From assembly GCA_965112735.1 (NCBI GenBank), contig OZ218958.1, positions 2,852,001 to 2,916,000 of the forward strand: a DNA stretch of 64,000 nt. Direction: 5' to 3'. The translations under genes and the position numbers were made by a program. This document shows, piece by piece, positions 27,501 to 37,991 of the stretch. Below the pieces are notes generated by a model. That model was given only the letters and a program-made list of their open reading frames with translations, ran no database searches and was not told where the DNA came from. The DNA comes from Phaeosaccion multiseriatum (taxonomy: Eukaryota; Protista; Ochrophyta, other classes). Position 1 is the stretch's first letter; each line of letters starts with the position of its first letter.

Positions 27501-28374
27501 AGCACCCGGAGGTGTATGCTCTGCTCTACTCCATGCTAAGGCATCTGCCCAGGCGGAGGCCCTCCACAGACGAGATCGTCAAGATTGTAGAGACCATGGA
27601 GGTGAGTTTGAGTTGGAGCTTCGTCCTTTCAGAGTGTGCGCCCATGCTCCTAACGGGATAGCTTGATGGGAGAGAGAGAAGAGGCAGCGCGAGGGGGGGT
27701 GGGGAGTGGAACATTTGCGTGGTGATGCTGCCCTCAATCAACCCCAACCCCCACCCCCAATACCCAACCACCCGATACCCAATACCGCCAACCCTGCCCG
27801 CAACCCGATACCCAACCAGGGTAAGCGCATGGTGCTACGCCTGGACAGTGCTGCGGGGGAAAGCTACGGACCCATGGCGGTGGTGCTGAGAGTGGAGCTC
27901 TGTCCTGTCAACATCTCGGCCGCCTCTTGTCTGCAGGAGCTGTACGAAGCTGTCAATGACATGTGCTTACGCTGTCGGAAGAGGAGGGCAGTGGCGGCGG
28001 GGGCGGCGGCGGCGGCAGGCAAGGCGGGGGGGAGAAGAAGCAAGGCGAAGGCACGGCGGATCGGTGGTGCTGGTGTAGGCCTCGGACTGGATGTCGATGA
28101 TGATGAAGAAGCAAAAGAAGAGGAGGAGGAAGGGGAGGATGCCGGTGACGAGGAGGAGGAGGAGGAGGAGGAGGAGGAGGAGGAGGAGGAAGAAGATGCG
28201 AGCAAGCTTGGCGAAGGGGCGACGCTGGCGCAGTTCGGAGTGAGGGGCCACGGCGGAGTGACAGAGATGGAGTTTCTTGTGGCTGGAGCGTCCTTGGAGG
28301 AGCGCCAGTGGATCCAGGCGTGCCTCAGGGCGAGGGCAGGCGTCACCAGCGTCAGGGAGTACCCAGCAAACTAG
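19348..28374 (+). CDS. PERK-like (EIF2AK3/PEK-type) transmembrane eIF2-alpha kinase
   Basis: Exons ~19348-20161, 20700-23791, 23983-24147, 24444-24536, 24765-26588, 26804-27166, 27386-27601, 27820-28374. Signal peptide [26 protein letters not shown]1/PERK-type luminal motifs ([33 protein letters not shown]). TM helix [20 protein letters not shown]. Kinase motifs [40 protein letters not shown], a long insert, [29 protein letters not shown]. Confidence 0.9.
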
Positions 28375-28955
28375 GGTAGCTGGTATATGTGTGTGCGTGC
28401 ATGCGTGCGTGCGTGCGCCAGGGAAGTGGGAGGCGGGGTTGGAGCATATGCCGGGGTGCCGGTGGGAAGCGATGGCAAGGGGATCATACAACTGTAACTG
28501 TAAGAGAGAGACTTTTGGGGCGAAGATGAGGCCTCTCCACACCCCCGTTGAAGTGTACATATTAGTTTTAGAAAAAGGACGAGGGGGTGGTGGGGGAGGA
28601 GGGGTGGAAAGGCGGCCGAACCTCTCCTTCCCTGCTTGTGTGGCCCCGTGGCTTGCTCAGGCAATGGCGGGGGGGGGGGTAGGCCTTCAGAGGACTTCCA
28701 AGAGTTGCACAACCATTTGTAGTTAAACAAAATATAGACGACGGATGAGGGAGAGGTTGGTACACCCAACACAATTTAGGCTCTGTGGAAGCCAACCCGT
28801 TGTGTCCGCTCTTCTCATGACGAATCACTTGCGCTCCTCCTCCTCCTGCGTGTACTTGTCGTCTTTCCTGTCTTACTCTCCTGCTGCTCCTTCTCCTCTT
28901 TGTATTTTCCCGTTTCTTCTTCTCCTCTCCTCCCCCCTACCTCCTCCTGCCACTT

Positions 28956-30683
28956 TTACTTGTCGCCTTTCCCCACTTTTCCTCCCTCTGTTGCTGCCGC
29001 CGCCGCCGCCGCAGCAGCAGCCTCCTTCTTCCTCTTCTTCACATTCTCGTACGCGCTGTTGTTCAGAGGAAGCTTCACCAACTCGGCAGAGTTTCCATCG
29101 ACGCGGGTGAGCGGCAACAGGCTCTTCGCCCCCAGCTCCTGGGCCTTGGCGACAATGGCGGCACATACCTCCTCCGCTGCAGCGGCTTGCAGGCTCATTA
29201 CCCCTCCCGTAGCATTGCTCCCGGTCATGGCATCTGTGGCACAAGAAGAAGAAGAAATGGGCACCACATCCTGTCCCGACACCCGGTAGGCCGAAAGCAG
29301 GCCCGGTGAGGCATGCGCAATGTACACAATCGCCCCCTCCTTCCCCTCCTCGTCCTCCGCTCCACAGCACATGCCAAGGACCGCTTGGGGAAGCTCCACC
29401 TTCTTCGAAAAAGTCAAGGAAAACGACCCCTTCCCGTTCCCCTCCTGTTGGTTCTCTGCCGTCGTCGTCGTCGTCGTCGTCGTCTCCTGTTGGAGGCGGT
29501 ACATGAGGAGGCCGGCGTAGTCATGCACGGAGACAAGTACAGTGCCGTCCCTCAGGGCCAAGACTTTGAGAGGCACCGACCCGATGCTGCGCTTCTCCGC
29601 ATTCTCATCCACCTGTCCTCGCCCCACCTGCTTCCGCTTCCTCGCCCTCCTTCTACCCTCCTTCCCTCCCCCCTCTTGCTCCCCTTCTGCAATTTCAACG
29701 TCGGCGTCTTTCCCACTGCCGCCGCCGCCATCCTTCCCTTCGCCCCCACCCTCCTCCTGGTCCTTGTCATTGTCCTCCCCCCCCTGGCTCGTTGCCTGCT
29801 CCTGGTCCTGCTGCTGCTGCTGCTGGAGCAGTGCTTCTTCCTCGGTGGGCCCCATCCCCTCCACGTCCTGTATACTGCACCAGGCCAGGCGCTTGCCTGT
29901 GTCAACGTCGAAGAGTCCTATCTTCTTGTCCCCCCCACAGGTCAACAGCAGATGCTCTCTCCCATTCCCTGGCACGGTGCTCACTGCGCTGATGAAACTC
30001 GAGTGTCCACATAGATAAGACTTGATGAGGAATGTGTTGGGAAAGTTGGAAATGCGAACGTGCTCTCCTCGGTCACCTGTTGCGAGCCAGCCGCCTTCTC
30101 CACCTCCCCCTCCTCCTCCTGAGGCTGTCGTTGACAGTGCGACGCAAGTGATTGCTGTGGCTGTGTGCCCGAGAACGAGCTTAACGCCCTTGCCATTGCC
30201 ACCTTCACTTTTAGTGGTGGGAGCAGAAGCAGGAGTGGGGGCCGGAGCTGCTTCTGTAGAGATGGTGAGCAAGTCTCCGTACTTGTCTGCAGCCAAGAGG
30301 AGATCCTTCTCTTTGCCGTCTTTCCTAGCGAACAAGAGAAAAGTGGGCTTCTTGTGCACCTCGCTGCTTGCCTGCAGCGTCGTTGTTGACGCATCCCAAA
30401 CCACTACCTGCTTGTTGTCACAGGCAGCGGCCACGAGCCCTCGGCCTGCCCCCCCCCCTCCTCCTGCTGATGACAAGCCGACTGCTGTGATTTCAGTTGG
30501 ACTTAGATCCTTATTCAGAGCCTGGGCGTGTGAAACCACTACCCCGATAGCTGCTGTTGGAGCTGCTCCCTCTGCTGCTGCTCCAACCTCCCGAACAGAA
30601 GAGCTGCTCGCCCACACCACGTGGCCCCCTTCCAGGGCCAGCGCGACTCGACCATCCCTCACTGCGAGAACTGATCGAAGCAT
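28956..30683 (-). CDS. TRM82: tRNA (guanine-N7)-methyltransferase non-catalytic WD40 subunit (WDR4/Trm82)
   Basis: Diagnostic motifs AADKYGDL, LGHTATAIT, ATGDRGEHVRISNFP..F.I.SYLCGHSSFIS, TCGGDKKIGLFD; single exon. Confidence 0.85.
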   Translation of the reverse strand: MLRSVLAVRDGRVALALEGGHVVWASSSSVREVGAAAEGAAPTAAIGVVVSHAQALNKDLSPTEITAVGLSSAGGGGGAGRGLVAAACDNKQVVVWDASTTTLQASSEVHKKPTFLLFARKDGKEKDLLLAADKYGDLLTISTEAAPAPTPASAPTTKSEGGNGKGVKLVLGHTATAITCVALSTTASGGGGGGGEGGWLATGDRGEHVRISNFPNTFLIKSYLCGHSSFISAVSTVPGNGREHLLLTCGGDKKIGLFDVDTGKRLAWCSIQDVEGMGPTEEEALLQQQQQQDQEQATSQGGEDNDKDQEEGGGEGKDGGGGSGKDADVEIAEGEQEGGGKEGRRRARKRKQVGRGQVDENAEKRSIGSVPLKVLALRDGTVLVSVHDYAGLLMYRLQQETTTTTTTTAENQQEGNGKGSFSLTFSKKVELPQAVLGMCCGAEDEEGKEGAIVYIAHASPGLLSAYRVSGQDVVPISSSSCATDAMTGSNATGGVMSLQAAAAEEVCAAIVAKAQELGAKSLLPLTRVDGNSAELVKLPLNNSAYENVKKRKKEAAAAAAAAAATEGGKVGKGDK

Positions 30684-30742
30684 CCTCTTCTGCGTGGCCG
30701 TAGGAAGCGAGCGCAGTCCTTGGTGAGCTCGTGGGCAGTGTT

Positions 30743-30924
30743 GGAGCTGTGAGCCCTCGACGATTCTAGCACCAACACGTCAAGTCAAGTCAGGTCCTTT
30801 GACTCTGATGATTTATGATTTCCATTCCCCCCAATTCCCTGATTCCCGATCAGTCGGTCTACACCACCCCACCACAGTGAAGTAGCGCAGTGACGCTGGA
30901 AAGGGGAAGGAGAGAGAGAGTACA
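30743..30924. promoter_or_regulatory. Putative bidirectional promoter/5' region between TRM82 and FNIP gene A; duplicated in inverted form at 49945-50121
   Basis: Near-identical to the reverse complement of 49945-50121 (e.g. CACCAACACGTCAAGTCAAGTCAGGTCCTTTGACTCTGATGATT); lies between divergent starts in both places. Confidence 0.6.
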
Positions 30925-33069
30925 ATGAAGGGCAGCACGTCGAAGGGAGGTGAAACGAAGGGGGGGGGCATCGTGATGGAAGAAAGTCGTCAAGAGACTG
31001 ATGGAGCGGGGGGAAATTTGCTAGAGCGCACCAGTCTCAGCAGCAGCGGGCCGGCGGCATTGAGGGTGGTTGCTGGTCGTGTTGGTGTTTCAAACAAGGC
31101 TCTGTGGGGCGTATGCAAGGAGGTCGACAAGGTAACCTCCCGCGGTTTGGTTATCAACGCCAATGTGCCCCAAGCTATTCTGTCGCGTGAGCTGAGTATG
31201 CTGAAGCAGAAAAAGGGGGAGCGCGAGGAGACTCAACGCCTTGCTGCGTCTTCCTCCCCTCCTCCCGTCTCCATGCGGGGAAGAGATGCCGTGGAAGGGC
31301 TTCGAAGGTCAGGGAACGTTAGGGCGAGGCAGCCGGACCATGGTATGGCGGGCTCCTTTCGCGTCAAGGCGGTGCGCCTCGGCATCCAACGTCAAGACGC
31401 TGACGAGCTGACTCCTGCTGATGGGGCTCTTGCTCTCAAAGTGTTGGCACTGTGGCCACTCTCGGTCAAGCGTGTGGGGTTTTCAAGGTTCTTCGATGCG
31501 TGCCGCGTTGTTGTACAGAGCGGCGTGGAGGAGGTGGAGTTTCCACCATCGTCGAAGTTCAACAGGTCAATCGATCTCCCTTTCTCGCTGAAGAAGATAA
31601 CTTTTGGATTCCTCTTCGATCAGGCTGATTTGGTGCTACCAAGCTCTCTGGAGGAGCTCAAATTTTCAGAGAACTCAGCATTCAACTGGCCAATCGCTCT
31701 CCCTTCCTCGCTGAAGAAGGTCACTTTTGGAAGTGACTTCAATCAGGCAGATTTTGTGCTACCAAGCTCTCTGGAGGAGCTCAAATTTTCAGAGAACTCA
31801 GCATTCAACTGGCCAATCGCTCTCCCTTCCTCGCTGAAGAAGGTCACTTTTGGAAGTGCCTTCGATCAGGCTGATTTCATGCTACCAAGCTCTCTGGAGG
31901 AGCTCAAGTTTGCATGGCACTCAGTGTTCAACAGGCCAATCGATCTCCCTTCCTCACTGAAGAAGGTTACTTTTGGAAGTGCCTTCGATCAGGCTGATTT
32001 GGTGTTACCAAGGTATCTGGAGGAGCTCAAGTTTATAGGGTACTCAAACTTCAACAGGCCAATCGCTCTTCCTTCCTCGCTGAAGAAGGTCACTTTTGGC
32101 ACACACTTCAATCAGGCTGATTTGGTGCTACCAAGCTCTCTGGAGGAGCTGAGCTTTTCAAATGACTCAAACTTCAACAGGCCAATCGCTCTCCCTTCCT
32201 CGCTGAAGAAGGTCACTTTTGGAAAAGCCTTCGATCAGGCTGATTTGGTGCTACCAAGCTCTCTGGAGGAGCTGGAATTTTCAGGGACCTCAAGGTTCAA
32301 CAGGCCAATCGCTCTTTCTTCCTCGCTGAAGAAGGTCACTTCTGGATTCGTCTTCAATCAGGCTGATTTGGTGTTACCAAGCTCTCTGGAGGAGCTGAAG
32401 TTTCCATGGCTCTCAAGGTTCAACAGGCCAATCGTTCTCCCTGTCTCGCTGAAGAAGGTCACTTTTGGCACAGACTTCAATCAGCCTGATTTGGTGCTAC
32501 CAAGCTCTCTGGAGGAGCTGAGCTTTTCAGAGGACTCAAACTTCAACAGGCCAATCGATCTCCCATCCTCCCTGAAGAAGGTCACTTTTGGAGAACACTT
32601 CGATCAGGCTAATTTGGTGTTACCAAGCTCTCTGGAGGAGCTGGAGTTTCCAAGATTCTCAGTGTTCAACAGGCCAATCGTTCTTCCCCCCTCGCTGAAG
32701 AAGGTCACTTTTGGAAGAGCCTTCGATCAGGCTGATTTGGTGCTACCAAGCTCTCTGGAGGAGCTCAAATTTTCAGGTTACTCAGTGTTCAACATGCCAA
32801 TCGTTCTTCCCCCCTCGCTGAAGAAGGTCAGTTTTGGCCGTCACTTCAATCAGGCTGATTTGGTGTTACCAAGCTCTCTGGAGGAGGTGAATATGGGGGG
32901 CTTTAGCCTCCCCCTGGAGCTGCCTGCCTCACTCCGGACTCTTTCGCTGAGCTATGAATACTCCTGCCCTCTGGAGAGGGTGCCTGCCGGCCTGAGGAAG
33001 CTTACGGTTGGGAGGAGTTGCCCACTGCCTGCAGATCTACCGGAGGGTCTTCAGCTGACTTACGCCTGA
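30925..33069 (+). CDS. FNIP-repeat (LRR-like) protein A, intronless, 11 x 41-aa units
   Basis: Repeats LPSSLEELxFxxxSxFNRPIxLPSSLKKVTFGxxF[DN]QADLV; 123-bp period (CAGG at 31621, 31744 ... 32851). The N-terminal 'LWGVCKE' is weakly F-box-like. The ATG shared with copy B is at 30976. Confidence 0.9.
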   Translation: MKGSTSKGGETKGGGIVMEESRQETDGAGGNLLERTSLSSSGPAALRVVAGRVGVSNKALWGVCKEVDKVTSRGLVINANVPQAILSRELSMLKQKKGEREETQRLAASSSPPPVSMRGRDAVEGLRRSGNVRARQPDHGMAGSFRVKAVRLGIQRQDADELTPADGALALKVLALWPLSVKRVGFSRFFDACRVVVQSGVEEVEFPPSSKFNRSIDLPFSLKKITFGFLFDQADLVLPSSLEELKFSENSAFNWPIALPSSLKKVTFGSDFNQADFVLPSSLEELKFSENSAFNWPIALPSSLKKVTFGSAFDQADFMLPSSLEELKFAWHSVFNRPIDLPSSLKKVTFGSAFDQADLVLPRYLEELKFIGYSNFNRPIALPSSLKKVTFGTHFNQADLVLPSSLEELSFSNDSNFNRPIALPSSLKKVTFGKAFDQADLVLPSSLEELEFSGTSRFNRPIALSSSLKKVTSGFVFNQADLVLPSSLEELKFPWLSRFNRPIVLPVSLKKVTFGTDFNQPDLVLPSSLEELSFSEDSNFNRPIDLPSSLKKVTFGEHFDQANLVLPSSLEELEFPRFSVFNRPIVLPPSLKKVTFGRAFDQADLVLPSSLEELKFSGYSVFNMPIVLPPSLKKVSFGRHFNQADLVLPSSLEEVNMGGFSLPLELPASLRTLSLSYEYSCPLERVPAGLRKLTVGRSCPLPADLPEGLQLTYA

Positions 33070-33659
33070 TGATTTATTCGGTCTCTTCTACCCTCGACAG
33101 TTTTGCGATCGTTCATCAGGTCTGTCGGGTACTCGCCATGTCCCTCCTACGGCATACGGGGGGAGGGGGTGCCTGCCCATGTTCCGAGCTCTATTTCACA
33201 TTGACTCTAACGAGCGCATGAGGACATGAGCGTTGGTTGTGAGGGGGGGGGGGGGGCAGCAGCGAAGCAGCGCAAGCAATGGACCTGCTTGCGTCTGGTG
33301 CCTCATGGGCAGGAGAGGACAAGACAAGGGGGGAGGGGAGAAGGCCTCGGGAGTCGCTCACGAGGACGAGGGTCGACAGCCGACTCTGGCCCCTGCTGCT
33401 GCTGTATCACCAACTGCTGGTGCTGCTGCTGCAATCGGACTGATGGGGGCATGGGTCCACACGGCCCCCGAGCTCTATCTCAGGCTAGCGAACCACCTCC
33501 TCACCCTTTTTTTGAGCTGTTTCTCACTGAAAATGGAGGTTCATGGCGAAAGGGTCTCACCATTTTCTAGTCTTTTTTGGGCCGCTCACCCAAACGTTGG
33601 TTGTCTAATTTTCACTTGGCGACCACCCCCCGTTTCAATTTTTAATTTCACTGCCCGCC

Positions 33660-33844
33660 ATGGGTGCCGGCGGCAGCAGCTGTGATGCAAGGCCATCGTC
33701 CGCCCACAGACAAGTGTTGGAGGATCTGGAGTCCTCAGTGATCAAGGGAGTGCAAGACGGGAGACTGTCTGCCTCGAAAACTGCTGCGGCAGTGAAGAGC
33801 GAGGCGCCTTCATCACCTTCGGCCTCGGCTGCTACCGCTGATGC

Positions 33845-33889
<45 letters not shown>

Positions 33890-34447
33890 TGCTGCAGTAG
33901 CTGCCCGAGAAGTAGAGGTGTCGAGACTATTGGCACTGTCCGAGGAAGAGAAGAAGGAGCACGGGGAGATGCTCTTGGCCGCGGAGCTGGAGAGGGACAG
34001 GGCCGCCGGAGGCAAGCAAGGGCAAAAGGAAGGGGAAGCGGATTTCGCCAAATCGTTCAGCGGCAGCAAACAGGATCACGACGTGGAGAAGGAGTTCGAG
34101 CGAATGATGAGGGCAGAGAACGGCGCGGCTGCGGTAGGGGCGAGCGAGGGTGCCGCCCAACTCCTTCAGCCCTACGACGCAGGGTACGATGAGCTGCGGC
34201 AGGTACGGTACAACAAGCAGAGCAGTACACTTGCTACGTGTTAATAAGTGAGGGAAAGAAAGGGAGAGAATAGCAGCGCACGCGATGGCCCCAAGCCCTC
34301 TTTATTAACTCCATCAGAGATCCTCTCGTTGAAAGGGTGGCGATAGATGTGTGTTTTGCTTCCCCTCCGTAACCTCTGCTCACTTGCTATCATACCCACT
34401 TACGTTGAACTTTCTCCCACAACACCACCGCCACCACCACCACCACC

Positions 34448-34524
<77 letters not shown>

Positions 34525-35242
34525 CCAGGCTGGTTGTTGGCTGAGGTACCTCTCTTCCTCGGGCTGCTACATGTGGCTTCACAGCCTGCTAGCGGAGGTG
34601 ACGGCCATTCGCCCTCCCGACTACGTGGAGCCGGGGGAGGAGAGCGGCCAAGGAGGGGCGGGAGGAGGTCAGCAAGACCCGGCCTTTGGTCTCTTCTCTT
34701 GCAAGCTCGCCGATCTCCCTCGGGTGATCGATGAGACCATCGACGAGGAGAACAAGACTCCCTTGTTGATCGACCCTTCCCCCGACGGGAAAGTGACGGC
34801 TTTTCTAGACTACAAATCGGCGCTTGTTGACGTCTCAGTGCTCTCCGTGGGGTATCAAAAATCTGGCGTGCGAGCGGGGGATGTAATGGAATCAGTGCGG
34901 GTGAAGGTGGTGAATGGCATCAAGGCTGGTACCACGGTCACCCTTCGCTTGGGGGGGCTCACGCAAGATTCGGCGAATTTCAAGCAGAAGCTATGCAAGA
35001 GGGATGTTTTCCCTCTGGAGCTGTTTATGGAGGCTGGCAAGAAGCTCTTTATGCCCAAGAGCAAGCCGCGGTACAAGCTTATGTTTAGAGACGAGGACAA
35101 GGTGGACAGCGACTGCCCAGCCAAGCCAGACACTTTTCGCTTCCTCGTGCTGAGCTGCCTCTCCCCCAGAGACGTTCGGGCCAAGCTGGGAGAGTCGGTC
35201 CCCCTGGGCTATTGCAAGCTCATTTACGTGGACTGTTGCTGA
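33660..35242 (+). CDS. Putatively N-myristoylated protein with a WW-like motif and an IQANK1-C-terminal/dynein-AAA5-like domain
   Basis: Exons 33660-34202 and 34529-35242 join in frame. MGAGGSS N-terminus; W.RY.SSSGCY.W.H....E....RP (WW-like); 'TPLLIDPS...V.AFL.Y...E..R...V..IK.G' resembles the WPL.IDP motif of AAA5-like domains. Confidence 0.65.
34424..34525. repeat. (CAC)n/(CAA)n microsatellite in an intron
   Basis: Direct observation. Confidence 0.9.
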
Positions 35243-35379
35243 TGAAGGATGGCAGCCGATGGTCGTGTGATGACCTCATTTGGGCCGGATGACGTCAGAG
35301 GATTGGGGCAGGGGGCGGTATCGAACGTGGCCTCGACCCATTCGAACCCCCTCCTCCGTTGACTTCAGTGACCCACAGG

Positions 35380-36145
35380 ACAGCACCCCAGGGGACAGCA
35401 GATGATGGCACCCGAAGGGAGGCAGCGGATGGCACCCGATGGGACAGCAGGTGATGCCACGCGAGGCAGTGCTGTCTTTGGAAGCAGAGCGGTGCTGCAG
35501 CAGCGAGTCGACATGCGCTCACACGCGCACCCACGCACGCACGCACGGACGGAGAGCCATCGATCCTGAGGGTGCACAAGGGAGCGATGCATGCGATGCG
35601 AGGCTCCGTCGTAACGGCGATGGCATCGTGGAGGAGTCGAGGAGCCAATCAGATAGGGTCAGATGATGGAGCTTCCAGAGCTTCCAGAATGGCGAATGTG
35701 GAGGGACCCAACTAGACCCAACCCAGTGCCTGTCAACTCCTTGGGGAGGAGGCAGGAGCGACGGAATTCCTCTGCTGGCGAGCAGCACCAGCACCAGCAC
35801 CAGCACCAGCATCACCAGCGGGCACACCCATATACCTGACTTGCCTCTAGGTTTCTTTGGCTGGCATGGACGGGAAGCGAGTCCCCCCAAAAGACCCCCC
35901 ACCCCTAACAAGACCCTTGCCCCTGTTGCCCCTCCATGACTGCGGGGTAGACAGGAGAGGTGAGGTCAAGGGTGGTGGCGGGGGTGGGTGGATGGGCATG
36001 TGTGTGACGTCATTGCTGTATTGCTGAAGAGGATGGACGATGATGGCTCGCCGCCGAAGGGAGGTAGGACTGGACCCGCATCACCGCCTCCTTCGGGTGC
36101 CATCCTTCGGGTGCCATCCTTCGGGTGCAATCCTCCGGGTCCATG
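35380..36145. repeat. Segment bounded by inverted arrays of a 14-bp motif (ATGGCACCCGAAGG / CCTTCGGGTGCCAT); possible non-autonomous element remnant
   Basis: ATGGCACCCGAAGG at 35405 and a variant at 35429; reverse complement x~4 in tandem at 36090-36144. Confidence 0.5.
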
Positions 36146-36224
36146 TGGTCCCTCTTCCCTTTCCCTGCACCCCTCGAGGGAAAGTGTGTGGAAGTGGAGC
36201 CCGACAGCGTCCTCTCTCTCTCTC

Positions 36225-36415
<191 letters not shown>

Positions 36416-37169
36416 GGTGTCAGCGTTGTGACTACACTGCACTACGCTATTTCGCCCCGCCCTGCTACACGTACACACACATACGTAATTCATAGGTTGA
36501 TTCCTATATGTCAAAATGTATCTCCCGCTCTGCCCTGCTCAGCTGTGCTCCGCTCTACGCTGTGGTCGTCGGAATAAGGAGACATGCCCTCTTTATAAAG
36601 GCAAGCAAGCTTGTCTGGTGCCAAGGAGTCGATCCTGGGCCTGAAGCAAGCCGGAGGTAGGAAGGAGAGACTTGGGCAAAGACGTTGAGTCTTCGGGTCG
36701 TCGACAACCGGGACCTGCATGAAACACGTTGGGTCTTCGGGACATCGCCTTGTCAGATAAGAGATATCCACACTCACTGCCCCGATGGAGGCTCCCCCTC
36801 AATCATGATCGATACTTGAATATATTCAAGGTCAAGATATCATATGGAAGGGAAAAACACAGAAGGGTTGAAGTAGTGCGCATCAGCAGGGGCGATTCTT
36901 CTTCTTCTCTTTTCATTCATTCATCTCTGTATATCAATATATGTATGTTGGAAGATCTTTGAATGTATGTGTGTACGATCTATGGATCTATGTGTTACCT
37001 ATATGGGTATTGTACGCCTCACCGCGTCTCATGTATTTCTACAGCCTTTCCAGAGTCACTTTTGTATCGTGTCATTACGGCACAGCCGAGTTGCCTCCAC
37101 TCGAGGGGCCGGGGTGAACAATAACAGAAGGACAACAATAGGTATAAAGAAAGAAGAGGTAGATCTGTT

Positions 37170-37285
37170 GATAGATAGAAGGATGGATAGATAGATAGTG
37201 AGATGGATAGATAGATAGTGAGATGGATAGATAGATAGTGAGATGGATAGATAGATAGTGAGATGGATAGATAGATAGTGAGATG

Positions 37286-37337
<52 letters not shown>

Positions 37338-37392
37338 TCTAGATAGATAGATAATGAGGTAGATAAATCGAGAGACAGATAGGTAGATATAG
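37170..37392. repeat. (GATA)n microsatellite with a 20-bp higher-order unit AGATGGATAGATAGATAGTG
   Basis: About 5 copies of the 20-mer followed by pure (GATA)n. Confidence 0.9.
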
Positions 37393-37508
37393 ATCGTAGT
37401 CTAGAACCCTCTCACCCTCACTCCCTAACCCCCCACATCGTAAACCCTAATGTATAACCGTTAACGTCTACCCATAACACCACTTCATCTTTAACAACCT
37501 CTGACCAC

Positions 37509-37960
37509 TTAGCTCGTGCCCCCCCCCGAAGAGTGGCAATGTACAACCTTCCAAGAGCCGTTCTGTAACTGCCACACACGAGTCTGGGGAGAGGAAGAGT
37601 TCCCATCCGTTACCACCACAGCAGACTTGCCCATTAGCCGCACAGAGGGAGGAGGAGAAGTGGAGAGGGAGGACGAGCTTCCGGAGTCTTCGCCACCAGC
37701 AGCAGAGGCAGTGGCCTGCTTGCCGAGATAAAGGGCCCTGTCCGTTTCGAATTGAGCCTGTACACAAACAAGAAGTTCAGTCATTCCGGTTCAGTCCAGG
37801 GTAGGGCAGGGTAGCAGCGGGAGGGGTGCGGGAGGAGAGGGAGGAGAGGGGAAGGGGAGAATATGAGAGGAGGTGGCAGGTGCGGGTAGCTTAGGCGAGA
37901 AGAGAGGACATCGAACGACGACAGCGATGACAGTACATGATCAGTGCCGACACAAGCAGG

Positions 37961-37991
<31 letters not shown>

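Noticed and set aside
31530-32890. CRISPR-like array or diversity-generating retroelement
   Set aside because: The repeats are in-frame protein-coding units without spacers. No cas or RT gene is present, and the variation is not obviously adenine-specific.
35310-35352. tRNA or SINE suggested by two GTTCGA (B-box-like) motifs on the minus strand
   Set aside because: No cloverleaf or A-box could be built.
37420-37452. Telomere-like CCCTAA/AAACCCTAA hits
   Set aside because: Only two or three scattered units, not an array.
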